This document shows positions 13,039 to 24,621 of a stretch of DNA of 64,000 bases, one piece after another (position 1 is the stretch's first letter; each line of letters begins with the position of its first letter). The stretch is taken from the NCBI GenBank assembly GCA_030770535.1, contig JASVEC010000003.1:682001-746000 (forward strand), given 5' to 3'. A model generated the notes under the pieces. The model searched no databases, was not told the origin of the DNA, and saw only the letters and a program-made list of their open reading frames with translations. Source of the DNA: Batkoa obscura. Lineage: Eukaryota. The translations under genes and the position numbers were made by a program.

Positions 13039-13647
13039 ATATAATTTTAACAATAATACTAATTTTAGCTTTTAATAGATAATTTATTTTTATATTAAAT
13101 ATTATTAATAATAAGAATTTTAGCTTTCAATAGTTATATTTATTAAGTATGCTTTTTTTTATTTAACGTTAAGTAATAGTATTTATCGATTTTTATTAAA
13201 TTGAAAATAAACTTTATTAAAAATTAATTAAATTTATCTGATATATTATTTTTACATTTATATAATATTTTGTATTATTATTGCACAATACTACTTTAAA
13301 GTTTTTTGCCCATTTTTTTTAATGACATTATATAATTTATCCAGGTTCTGGCTTACTTTTATATGACTAAACATTAAATATTTTTTATTATAAACTTTTT
13401 AATAAAACTTTTATATTTATTAAAAAAGTTTTTTTATATACATCATAAATAAATAAATAAAATATTAAAATTAAAGGTAAGTTGAAATTAATATTTGAAA
13501 GTAAGATAACATTCATTAGTTAATGCAAGTATTCATGTTATTTAGATTGAAAATCCAGATTTTATAAAGCAGTTAAATACTGTAAGATGAAATACCATAA
13601 GGTAAGTCACAATATTATAATCAAAATAGTGTTTATAGAATTTATAT

Positions 13648-13745
13648 GGGGATGTTTTTTTTGGTTTCATTATTTTTTCATTTTTTAAGTGCTATTTGAG
13701 TAGAAAGATTGTTAGTAAAATTCTTAAACAAAAAAATACATCACC
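13648..13745 (-). mobile_element. MITE family A copy
   Basis: GGGGATGTTTTTT...AATACATCACC, ATAT/ATAT flanks. Confidence 0.95.
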
Positions 13746-13969
13746 ATATTATCAATGATATGTTTTTTTATAACTTAGAACCATTTGTGTGGATTAGTTT
13801 TGAAGTTTTGATCCTAATAAATTTGGTAAGTTACTAATCTGGAAATTAGCTAATTTCATTAGATAAAACTCATCTATCAACCAATTAAATTTCTTTGAAA
13901 ATGTTACTTATATTTTTAAAATTTATAAGTTCCAACTATCATTTTTAAAATAAATAACAAAACAAAAAC

Positions 13970-15726
13970 ATGAGCTTACAAATTCATAAAGTAATAGGTA
14001 AGTAAAATTAAATAGAGAGTATAATTAAGATTTAATTTAATCAAATATTATTCTAGATGAAGCAACTAATATCAATGCAAAAGAAAGTTGGGAAGCATCG
14101 GATAGGATTGTTGATGCTATATTAGATAATGAAGTTAAGTAAGTAGAACTACATTTATATTAAAAGAAAGAGAAAAAACTAATGATCGGTGTCTATTATT
14201 TTTTTAAATATAAAATAGAAGTAGTGAAGTGATGCGAATAATATTATTGAAATTAAAAGATAAAGAAGAAAAAGTATCAAAGAACACATTTAATGTAAAT
14301 TGATTTATTATTATCATCTATTTAAAAAACATAAAAAAATCAAAAAAGAAAGAGTATTAATTCTATATTTAGCTTATAATGTATTTATTACATAACTGTG
14401 AAAATGAAGTGAAATCAGAAGTAATGAGTAATGAGTTTCAATTAACTTTATTAGATACTTATATAAAAAGAGTAAATCATTCATGTTGTATCCTATAGTA
14501 ATTATATAACTTTTTTATTTATCTATAGATAAAAGACATTGAATATAAAATTAAAATGATTGATATGATTCAAGGATTTATTAATGAAGCTAAAGATCAA
14601 AATTTAATTATTGCTTTAAAAAATACATTGAGTTTATTACAAGGTGTTCAAAGTAAGTTTTATTATCGTTTTACGTCCCTATTTTATTCAATTTATTTTT
14701 TATAGTGAAAAAGGTATAAACATTATGTGTAAATATATAACATGAAATAGTGATTAATGTAGTGTTTTATTATTAAAGTCAGAAGCAGATAAAAAAATTG
14801 ATGAATTAATACATCGCTTAATTGCTTATAGTAATAGTGATATGGCCATGCCAATTGAGTTAATGGAAATGGCAAGATATAGAATAATAATACTAAATTT
14901 AATTTATTAATATTTTCTATTAATTAGAAATCCCAACTAAAATATCAATTCCAAGTGAAAGCGAAGCATTCTTTTGAACCCCAAGAATTTGGAGAATTAA
15001 GATTTTTAAAAGATTCGATATTAAATATTATTGAATTAAGATATAATGATTGGTGGTTAGCCGAATTTAATGGGAAATATGGGTTTATTCCAGCTAATTA
15101 TGTGGTAAGACAATGGTCTATTTGTGTATTGATTTTATAATAATACTTTTCTAATTTTTTAGATAAAATACGAAAAAAATATTGAAAGTATTAATTATGG
15201 AGATAATATTAAAATTAAAATGGAGCCTAATGGAAATTCAAATTCAAATTCAATAGTATTTAATGGTTATAATATTATTAAAGAAGAAGTTAAAGAAGAA
15301 ACATCCAATTCATCCACATCTTTAACTAATGGTGATGATATTAATAATAAATCACAAGTTATTGATCAACTTCATTTGGAATTAAATACTTTTATTAATG
15401 ATAATAAAATGTTATCAAAATCTGAATTTGATAAATTGAAGGTAAATAGAATAATCAATTTGTTAAATAATCAATATTTTAATTAATGTTATTATATTGT
15501 ATAGATAAATTATGATATAGCTAGTTCCTGTAAACCAATAATATTAAATAAAATTAAACATCATCAGAAACAAATAGGTAAATAGAATTTAATATAAAGG
15601 TTTTAACAACGTTAATATTCTTATTAATCTTTTAAAATAGAAATTTTAATGAATTTAAATGAAAAATTAAGTAAAGTAAGATCTTCTTATGGTCATGTAG
15701 TAGACCGATTATCGCCTCCTTCTTGA
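13970..15726 (+). CDS. Hse1/STAM-like ESCRT-0 subunit (VHS-like + SH3 + GAT-like coiled coil), multi-exon
   Basis: N-terminus MSLQIHKVIDEATNINAKESWEASDRIVD is VHS-like. SH3 KAKHSFEPQEFGELRF...DWWLAEFNGKYGFIPANYV. C-terminal LMNLNEKLSKVRSSYGHVVD then TGA 15724-15726. Confidence 0.75.
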
Positions 15727-16207
15727 ATTTTTTTTATTGAGTTGAAAATGAGATTGGGGAAAAGTAGAGTATGGGAAGTAGAAGTTAATTAATTAAGAAT
15801 AAATAAGAGAACGGAAGTTTATTTATGGAAAGAAATATCTCAACAAAATACAGTATTTAATGAATAAAAGTATTTTAGTGGGATTCTATTTTGTATGAAT
15901 ATTTTCTTATTTTAATGTTTAAAAATACATATACATATATACAAGTATTTATATAATTGATTTTATCACCTAATTTAAAAACAATCGATTATTCCCGTTA
16001 TTGTTAATATCATAGCCAAAAATTTATAAAATTTGAATTTAATCATTGCTTTTTTTAAATTAGCTAATTTTCCATATCAGCCAATCAAATGGTGACGAAT
16101 TCATTTTCAAGATTGATAATTTCGAAACAAGAACTTCCAACTAATAATAATAATAATACACTTTCATCTTTTTAAAAAAAACAAAAACGTCAAAAAACAA
16201 GAAGAAT

Positions 16208-19200
16208 ATGGAAATCCTAGTACCAACAATAAAGAAGCTGCATGATGAAGCTATTTTAAAAAAAGAAAAGAAACTGGCTTCATTAACGAAATTGGCACTT
16301 GAGGACATGGAGCAAGTACAAAAGCGACGTATAGGAGGGGTGTCATTACCCCCACCACCTAGTGAGGTTGGAGAAGACGCTATTGAAAGTGAAAGTATAC
16401 GTGTAGAAGATATAGTCTCTATTGAAAACATTGGTGATCGATATTATAAATGTTATAAATTAGCATGTCAAAATTGGATGCCCATTAAAATTCAACAAAG
16501 TAGTTTAGAAGTGATACAAAAATTAACAGCCCATGGATTATTGTCTGGAGAAGAAAATTGGGAGTATCCAAAGAAAGAGGGAAGTAAAGAAATGAGAATT
16601 GAACTAGCATTGGCATTGAAAAATGGATTGAATCCATTTGATAGTAAATTTCATTGTGAAGAAGAGAATGGATTAGCTGCATTTGAGTTATTATGGCCAA
16701 ATGAGATACTCGAAAGTAAAGAGAATAAAGAAAACAAAAACAAAATAAATCCACAATATCAATATAAATTAATTGATGATTTAATCAATACCATATGCCA
16801 TTGTTATATTGGTTCTAAAACAGAAGAAGCTATTCAAGTATTAGTGGCACAAACATTATTAACTATCTTTGTTAATTCAGCTATTAAAATTCATGGAGTT
16901 ACTTTAATTAAAATGATTCAAACACTAATTAATATGACTGTTTATTCAACAAAACCAGTGATCCAAACTACAAGTAAAGCAATCTTAACACAGATGGTAA
17001 ATTTAGTCGTTTCTAGGATGGAAGAATGTAATCAAAAAATTAAAAATCAAAATGGAAAGTTGGAAATTAAGAAAGAAGAAAAAGAGGAGGGAAATGAAAA
17101 TAATAATACTAATCTACCAGAGATATCAGTGGAAAATGAAAGTATTAATATTAAAAATAAGAATTCCAAATTGGCGGATAAAAATTATTCCGTAATTGAA
17201 AATTTAATATTAGAAAAAGAAATGTTAGAAGAAGATGGTATATTAGTATTACATTTATTATGTCATTTATCGTTAGGATTCGATGCTACTATATTAAATG
17301 ATCAAGAATCAGCAATCTTAGCGGATTCTAGATGTCGTATGATAAGTTTAGAATTAATATTATCAATGTTAAACAATAGTGGAAGATTATTTCAAACAGA
17401 TTTAAGATTTTCACAAGTATTAAAAAGAAACTTATGTGTATCATTATCTAAAAATGGGATCTCCACCGATCCCACTACCTTTGAATTATCATTATCAATA
17501 TTTATTGTATTATTTTCATCTTTTAGAGCTACCTTAAAATCGGAAATTGAAGTATTATTTAAAGAAATTTATTTAAGATTAATTAATATGCAATCTTCAA
17601 CTTATTATCAAAAATCATTAATATTACAAGCTTTAATGAAAATTTGTAGAAATCCACAAGCTATTGTAGATATGTATGTTAATTATGATTGTAATATTGG
17701 TTCTTCTAGTATTTTTGAGAATATGATGGATTTATTAAGTAAAGTAGCTCAAGGTAGACAAACTAAAAATATACCTAATCAAAATAATAAAAAAGGAAGA
17801 ATCTTTAATGATAGTAATTCAACTAATGATATTTCAGAAGATCGTTGGTTAAAAGTTCGAGGTTTAAGATGTTTAGTTACTGTTTTAAATTCATTAGTAG
17901 AATGGAGTAAAGGTAATAATAATAATAATAATAATAATAAAACAATCGATTCTAGAGAAAATACACCAATTCAATCAATAACTGAAGTAGATGGATTACC
18001 AGTTGTTGTTAATAAAAATCATTTAGAACATGTTGGTAATTATGATTTATCTAATGCAAAAAGTAATAAATATTCAGAATCTAATGCAAATAGTGATGAT
18101 GATGATCCCTTAAAAATCCAACAAATTAGTAGTCAAAAACAATTATGGGTTCATGGAATTAATACATTTAATCAAAGTCCAAAAAAAGGATTAATCGAAT
18201 TACAAATGAATGGCTTTGTTACAGAAGATCCAAAAGATATAGCTAAATTTTTTTTAGAAACAAATGAATTAAGTAAACAAAGTATTGGTACTTATTTAGG
18301 GAGACCAGAAGAAAAAGCAATTCAAATAATGCATGCTTTTGTTGATCAATTTGATTTTTTTAAAATGTCCTTTGTGGATGCTTTAAGAGCTTTTGTTCAA
18401 TCTTTTAGATTACCTAAAGAAACTCAACAAATTGACCGAATATTAGAAAAATTTGCTGATCGATATTGTGAAACAAATCCAAAAGAATTTGAAAGTGCAG
18501 ATACAGCTTATGTATTAGCCTTTTCTGTTATGATGTTGAATACCGATCAACATAGTCAACAAGTTAAAAATCGAATGGATCAAATGATGTTTATACGAAA
18601 TAACAAAGGGATTAATAATGGCAAAGATTTAGAAGAAAGTTATTTAATTAATATCTTTGAAGATATTAAAAATAAAGAAATTATTATGGAAGAAGAACAT
18701 TTTAATAAAGATTTAAGTGGTCCAACTGAAAAATTAATAAGATATCATCAAGAAACTGCTTTTTTACAAAAGAAATTAGTATCTTTATTTCAAGGCCAAG
18801 ATTCAAGTAAACAATCGAATCTATTTTTATCAGCTACTCATTCCGATCATGTTAAACCAATGTTTGCTATTGCTTGGTATCCAGTAATTGCTGCTTTATC
18901 TAGAATATTTGAAGAAATTAATGATGTTAATAATGACAATTTAAGTGAAAGGGAAATTAATGAAGAATCAATTGAATTATGTTTAGAAGGTTTTTCAGGA
19001 GCAATAAGAATTAGTTGTTTATATTATATGGAAATTGAGAGAAACGCATTTATATCAGCACTAGTAAAATTTACATCAATTAATAAAATTGATTCAATGC
19101 GTCCAAAAAGTATTCAATGTATTAAAACATTAACTAATTTAGCTTATATTTATGGGGAATATTTAGATGAATCTTGGGAATTAATATTAGAAGCCATTTC

Positions 19201-21742
19201 TAGAATGGAACAATTACATTTATTTGGTGATCAATCTGAATCTCCATCAAGAATATCTTCAAGAGATAAAACAACATCAACACATACAAGAAGATCTTTA
19301 TCAATTGATGGTAAAGTAACTACATCAACAAGAAGATTAACAGGTGGACCTTTAGCTTTATCTCAAGATTTATCTTTAATTGAACAATTAAGATCTCAAC
19401 TTAATTTTAGTGAAAAGTTAAATGAATTAAGATCTCAATCTTTTTTAGTAGCAATTGATAAAATCTTTGGAAATTCAAGTAATTTTAATGGATTATCAAT
19501 TATTCATTTTTATCGAGCTATTTGTAATGTATCTTTACAAGAAGTAGATGAAGGGTATCCAGGAAGACCACGTACTTTTTCATTACATAAAATAGTGGAA
19601 ATAACTTATTATAATATGACACGTATAAGATTAGAATGGACACAAATTTGGAAAATATTAAGACCTTATTTTAATACCGTTGGTTGTCATGAAGATCATC
19701 ATGTAGCTGCGTTAGCTATTGATTCTTTAAGACAATTATCAATGAAATTTTTTGAACGATCTGAATTAAGTCAATTTCATACTCAACATGATTTTTTAAA
19801 ACCATTTGAACATATTTCTAGACATAATTTATCACCTAATATGCAAGATTTAATATTACAATCATTATCTCAAATGGTTACTGCTAAAGCATCTAATATT
19901 AAATCCGGTTGGAAATCGGTATTTTCAGTCTTAGGAAATTTAGCAGCTAATAATCCATCTTTATCTGTGTTAGCTGCTTCCTTTCAATTAGTTAAATTAG
20001 TATTTGAACAACATTTTTCTATTTTAGGGATTGGATTTGTGGATGGTGTCAATTGTTTAGTTTCATTTGGTATTAATAAAGTATCTAAAGATATTGCTTT
20101 AGAAGCAATTGAATTAATTCAACAATGTGTGGAACCTTTTCTTAAAGTTCAAGAAGAAACTAGTAATAATAATGAAATTAATAATAATAATAATAATAAT
20201 AACGAAATGATATCTCAAGATGATTTATTATTTTTAAGATGGTTTCCAGTGTTATCAAGTTTATCTAGAATTGTTATTGATGCTCATTTTGATACTTTAA
20301 GAGAAGAAAGTTTAATTCGATTGTTTGAAACATTAAAATTAAGTGGTAAATTATATTCACCTAATTTTTGGAACTCTATCTTAAGAAGTGTATTATTACC
20401 CATCTTTGATGATGTGAAATTAAAAGTCAAAAATAAGAGTAAAGAATCAGAAACTTGGGTTAAAGCATTAACTTTATTGATATCTTTATTTGAAGAATAT
20501 TATCATGATTTGGCCAATAATATAGAATTTTTAGAACAAATGTTTCATCTTATTGCTTCTACACTTAACTTTCATTTAGATGATAATTTAACAAAACATG
20601 GCTTGGCTATCTTTAAAGCTATTGTCATTGATAATTCAGCTAGATTTGAATTGGAATTATGGAATTTAATAACTAAATGTTTAAATGAATTTTTTGAAAT
20701 TACAACTCCTCATTATTTATTTGAAATTTTACCTGAAGGATTTGATGAAAATACACAAGAATCAATAGATGATAAACAAATAGATGATAAAAATGAAATG
20801 ATAAATCAAACTCATTTATCCAATAATGATATTTCATTTGAAAATGAATATGAAAAAGATGAAATTAATAATGAAAAAGATGAAATTAATGATGAAAAAG
20901 ATGAAATTAATAATGAAAAACAAGCAATAATTCAAGAAAATATTAAATTTATTAATGGTAAAAATAAGATAATAAGTCACGATAATAATTATGATAAATC
21001 AGAGGTAGATTTACAATCTGAATTATTAAAATGTCGAGTTCATTTATCGGTATTACATATGATACGAGAAATTGCACAATATTCTGATAAAGAAGAAGAA
21101 ATTCATAATAATAAAAACAAAAATTATAGTAATCCAATGATGAATATGCCACCAACCATTTCAAGACAATGGTTAAAATTGTTAAAAGGATCAGCTGAAT
21201 TTGCAGCTAGATTTAATGAACATAAACAATTAAGACACTATCTTTGGTCTAATAATCATGTAGCTCAATTACCTCATTTAATAAGACAAGAAACATCAGC
21301 ATTAAGTATTTATTTACAAATTGCCTATTCTTTATATACTAAATTTGGGGATTCTTATGATACTTTATTAAATGAAAGTAGTAATATAGAATTCAAGTTT
21401 CAATTCAAACCAATGTTCCCAGAATTGATACAAGAAAGTGAAAGAATTTTAATGTTGTTTATTGAATTAATTAAAGAACATTCAAATAAACAAAGAGATA
21501 TTGCTAATTGGTCTTATTTAGTAGCACAAATATTTAAAGATGTAGGGAATGTACCTTGGAATAAAAAAGAGAAGGAAGAAGAAGTATCTAATGATGGACA
21601 AGTTCAAGTGGAATATAATTTATTTTTACCTCATTTGAAATCTTTGTATTATCTTGCAGTCGATGTTTCTCTTACTGATAAAATGGAAGTTCGATTAGCA
21701 GTGAATCAATTTTTAAAAAAAGTAGGAAATGTTCTATTTTAA
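16208..21742 (+). CDS. SEC7: Large ARF guanine-nucleotide exchange factor, Sec7/BIG family (DCB-HUS-Sec7-HDS), intronless
   Basis: 1844-aa ORF with HUS box YVNYDC, Sec7 domain (FRLPKETQQIDRILEKFA; DTAYVLAFSVMMLNTDQH) and HDS motifs (FSLHKIVEITYYNMTRIRLEW; IDSLRQLSMKF; NIKSGWK). Confidence 0.93.
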   Translation: MEILVPTIKKLHDEAILKKEKKLASLTKLALEDMEQVQKRRIGGVSLPPPPSEVGEDAIESESIRVEDIVSIENIGDRYYKCYKLACQNWMPIKIQQSSLEVIQKLTAHGLLSGEENWEYPKKEGSKEMRIELALALKNGLNPFDSKFHCEEENGLAAFELLWPNEILESKENKENKNKINPQYQYKLIDDLINTICHCYIGSKTEEAIQVLVAQTLLTIFVNSAIKIHGVTLIKMIQTLINMTVYSTKPVIQTTSKAILTQMVNLVVSRMEECNQKIKNQNGKLEIKKEEKEEGNENNNTNLPEISVENESINIKNKNSKLADKNYSVIENLILEKEMLEEDGILVLHLLCHLSLGFDATILNDQESAILADSRCRMISLELILSMLNNSGRLFQTDLRFSQVLKRNLCVSLSKNGISTDPTTFELSLSIFIVLFSSFRATLKSEIEVLFKEIYLRLINMQSSTYYQKSLILQALMKICRNPQAIVDMYVNYDCNIGSSSIFENMMDLLSKVAQGRQTKNIPNQNNKKGRIFNDSNSTNDISEDRWLKVRGLRCLVTVLNSLVEWSKGNNNNNNNNKTIDSRENTPIQSITEVDGLPVVVNKNHLEHVGNYDLSNAKSNKYSESNANSDDDDPLKIQQISSQKQLWVHGINTFNQSPKKGLIELQMNGFVTEDPKDIAKFFLETNELSKQSIGTYLGRPEEKAIQIMHAFVDQFDFFKMSFVDALRAFVQSFRLPKETQQIDRILEKFADRYCETNPKEFESADTAYVLAFSVMMLNTDQHSQQVKNRMDQMMFIRNNKGINNGKDLEESYLINIFEDIKNKEIIMEEEHFNKDLSGPTEKLIRYHQETAFLQKKLVSLFQGQDSSKQSNLFLSATHSDHVKPMFAIAWYPVIAALSRIFEEINDVNNDNLSEREINEESIELCLEGFSGAIRISCLYYMEIERNAFISALVKFTSINKIDSMRPKSIQCIKTLTNLAYIYGEYLDESWELILEAISRMEQLHLFGDQSESPSRISSRDKTTSTHTRRSLSIDGKVTTSTRRLTGGPLALSQDLSLIEQLRSQLNFSEKLNELRSQSFLVAIDKIFGNSSNFNGLSIIHFYRAICNVSLQEVDEGYPGRPRTFSLHKIVEITYYNMTRIRLEWTQIWKILRPYFNTVGCHEDHHVAALAIDSLRQLSMKFFERSELSQFHTQHDFLKPFEHISRHNLSPNMQDLILQSLSQMVTAKASNIKSGWKSVFSVLGNLAANNPSLSVLAASFQLVKLVFEQHFSILGIGFVDGVNCLVSFGINKVSKDIALEAIELIQQCVEPFLKVQEETSNNNEINNNNNNNNEMISQDDLLFLRWFPVLSSLSRIVIDAHFDTLREESLIRLFETLKLSGKLYSPNFWNSILRSVLLPIFDDVKLKVKNKSKESETWVKALTLLISLFEEYYHDLANNIEFLEQMFHLIASTLNFHLDDNLTKHGLAIFKAIVIDNSARFELELWNLITKCLNEFFEITTPHYLFEILPEGFDENTQESIDDKQIDDKNEMINQTHLSNNDISFENEYEKDEINNEKDEINDEKDEINNEKQAIIQENIKFINGKNKIISHDNNYDKSEVDLQSELLKCRVHLSVLHMIREIAQYSDKEEEIHNNKNKNYSNPMMNMPPTISRQWLKLLKGSAEFAARFNEHKQLRHYLWSNNHVAQLPHLIRQETSALSIYLQIAYSLYTKFGDSYDTLLNESSNIEFKFQFKPMFPELIQESERILMLFIELIKEHSNKQRDIANWSYLVAQIFKDVGNVPWNKKEKEEEVSNDGQVQVEYNLFLPHLKSLYYLAVDVSLTDKMEVRLAVNQFLKKVGNVLF
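20851..20920 (+). repeat. In-frame 21-bp tandem repeat (~3.3 copies, EKDEIN[N/D]) inside SEC7
   Basis: tgaaaaagatgaaattaat(a/g)a repeated. Confidence 0.9.
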
Positions 21743-22091
21743 TTATAAGATTAAGTTAATGGAAAATATATGAATTTATAAAATATCATAATGAAGTATT
21801 CAGTTGAAAAATAAAATTTTATAATTATTATTTAATTTTTTATTGTTGATGGAAAACTTTAGTGTGATTTTATTTTATGAGTTAATTTGGACTTGTGTTT
21901 ATCCGATAGTTCTTATTATACTGGATAGACAGTAATAATATTCAAGTTTTAATATTATTAAAAGAACTCAAGTTTTTAATATTATTAAAAAAAGTGATTA
22001 ATTTTACTTATTTGATTTAAAATAAAAAGAATAAGAATATTTAAAGAATACTTATTTTTACTCCTTTATTTAAAATATTTATAAACCTTGA

Positions 22092-22092
<1 letters not shown>

Positions 22093-22131
<39 letters not shown>

Positions 22132-22139
22132 TTATTATT
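22093..22139. repeat. (ATT)n microsatellite
   Basis: Direct reading. Confidence 0.95.
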
Positions 22140-22618
22140 GATCAGTTAATGAATTGTATAATTGAGTTATTGATTTTTTTTAATTAATTTTAATATTTAG
22201 TTGAACTTTTATTTACTAACCATATTAAATGTTAGACATCTATCTTAAAACATTTTCAATATTTTTGAAAAAATGTAAAAACTTTTTTAAAAAAAATAAT
22301 AAATTTTATTATCATTCTAACATTTCAAAATGGGATTCAATCTTTATTTATAAAATCGAATTATTTTAACAATTATTCTAATCTTACATAAGCTTAGTAA
22401 AACAATATCAACTTCTAATCAATAAATGCTAGAACATGAATAAAAAAAATAGAATAAAAAAAAATATCTATTAATTCAGATGAAATAATTTATTAACTTA
22501 ATCAAAATTTAGTAACAAATAAATCAAAAAATAAGGTCTTAAATAAATTAATTAATAGAACCTTTAGTTCTATTGGCACAGCCTAATAAAACTAAAATAT
22601 TCTAAAAAATTTCATTCT

Positions 22619-23224
22619 TTAAGACCAAATTTTGGTTGATATATAAGTGTCTTCATCATCCGAAGTGGTAGAGGCTTTAAGTAAAGAATCGATGCCAGGG
22701 AGACGAAAGCATTCTTTATTAATTAAAGTAGTTTGATGTTGTACATTCAATTTATTTGATTTCTCGGCACAGCCAGTCATTTTGTAATTTGAATTATAAA
22801 AACCAAATTCTTCTTTTAATGGAGAACTTCCGCCTGAATGCGAAGATGGTATCAATGAAGTAGTTTCATTGATTGGTAATGAAGTTTGTAAACGTGAATT
22901 TAATTGCTGATTTTCTCTTTGTAATCGTAAGATCATATGGTTTTGGTCACTATTAATGATCTCTAAAGCATGTACTCTTTCCTCAAGATATCTTAAATGA
23001 TTTTCTTTACGTTCACGATATGCTCTTTGCGCTATACGGTTCTGTGCTAATCGTTTATTAGCTGGCTCCAAAGGACTGGGTTTACGGCCAGGTTTCGCCC
23101 TTACCTTATGGAGTGGCAAATTGAGTATATTTTGATGATAAGGTAAATGGAATGTCATTTCACTAGGTTGTTCAATAGTGGAAGTTGAGGTAGAGTAATG
23201 AGATAGGTTAATTTGAGATGTCAT
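22619..23224 (-). CDS. Yap/AP-1-type bZIP transcription factor
   Basis: KPGRKP...KRLAQNRIAQRAYRERKENHLRYLEERV followed by a leucine zipper; NxxAQxxxR basic region of the Yap/Pap1/HapX group. Confidence 0.88.
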   Translation of the reverse strand: MTSQINLSHYSTSTSTIEQPSEMTFHLPYHQNILNLPLHKVRAKPGRKPSPLEPANKRLAQNRIAQRAYRERKENHLRYLEERVHALEIINSDQNHMILRLQRENQQLNSRLQTSLPINETTSLIPSSHSGGSSPLKEEFGFYNSNYKMTGCAEKSNKLNVQHQTTLINKECFRLPGIDSLLKASTTSDDEDTYISTKIWS

Positions 23225-24525
23225 AATGGATGGGATAGTGCTGTTTTTTTTTAATTAAATTGTACACTAATGTTCATTTATCAGCAATTCTATCAAAGAA
23301 TGGGTCGAGGGATGGATTGTTAACAAAAGTAAAAAACAATAATTGAATTTGAGCAGTAATTTATACTTTAGGTTTGCTCCTTTTCCCAATTCGAAAAGGA
23401 AATTTAGTTCATTTGATTGGTTGGTTTTCACAAATATTGAATATAGTGAGTAACTTACTAATTAAAATTCATCATTTGATAACAACGTTCATTTTAACAC
23501 CAATAAATTAAATGAAGACAGTACTCCACCAATCATTAAGATTGATAGTTTCCATGAAATAATAGTTATAATTGAAAATTATTGAGTCGGACAACTATAT
23601 TCAATTGAATGTTAAAAACAGTTATTATCTATATAATAAATTATTATGACGGTGCCACTAAGAAGAAATAATTTTAATTATTTTTTGACAAAAAAATAGC
23701 CTCACTACTTATTTTTATAAAAAACTATTCAACTTTTTTAAACAAGAATATCAACTATATTAACTATATAAAATTAATTGGTTTCATAAAAAAGAAGAAA
23801 ACCCTAAAACTTAATTAAAAAACAGCTGCTTATTTACCTATTCAACTATGTAACAAATAATTTAAGAGAGATTTATAAATGGAGGAGAATAAAAAAAATT
23901 CCCTCAAACATAATAACTTTTACTATTAAAATTATAAAAGTTATTCTTGTTATTTAATAAATCATATATTACTTAATGATGTTTACTAAATTCTATATAT
24001 TACGTTTTTAATCAATTCTTTGTATTCAATTATTGATATTCAATTATTGATATTCAATTCTAAATATTATTATATTAATAATATTATCAATAAGTTAATT
24101 CTTAATACTTTCTCATTTTTAGCTTTGTATATTAATATAAACAAGCTATTAAATGTTCGATTTCTTTTTAGAATGATGGTATCCGATTATTAATTGTATG
24201 TCAGTAGCTTTTTATTTTTATATTTCTATATTTCTATATTTCTATTTTATTTCAATAGACAGTCACAGTTTAAAATTCAAAAGTTGGTAATAAGATCAAT
24301 TCTTATGTTTTTAAGGTATTATTAATCTAAAATAAAATTATTTAAAAAAATACTTATAAAATTGAAGTTTTAATGTTTGTTTTGTATCATTTTCATTTGA
24401 ATAGCTTATTCTTGTATTCATGTTTCTATTGAATAGATTAATTGTAATAAAACTTCTACTTTGTTTCTTTGTTTTTAAAATCTTATCAAGTTTTGAATCT
24501 AATAATTTTTTTTAATAAAAGATAT

Positions 24526-24621
24526 GGGGATGTATTTTTTTGTTTAAGAATTTTATTAACAATTTTCCCACTCAAACAGCACTTAAAAATTGGAAAAAGT
24601 AATGAAAACAAAAACATCTTC
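24526..24621 (+). mobile_element. MITE family A copy
   Basis: GGGGATGTATTTT...AAAACATCTTC, ATAT/ATAT flanks. Confidence 0.93.

Noticed and set aside
16208..21742. Intronless SEC7 as a retrocopy
   Set aside because: Several ordinary genes here (COX10, DAD4, bZIP) are also intronless, and no poly-A tail or TSD is visible.
24025..24060. Short 14-bp tandem duplication (TATTCAATTATTGA)
   Set aside because: About 2.5 copies of AT-rich sequence; ordinary slippage.
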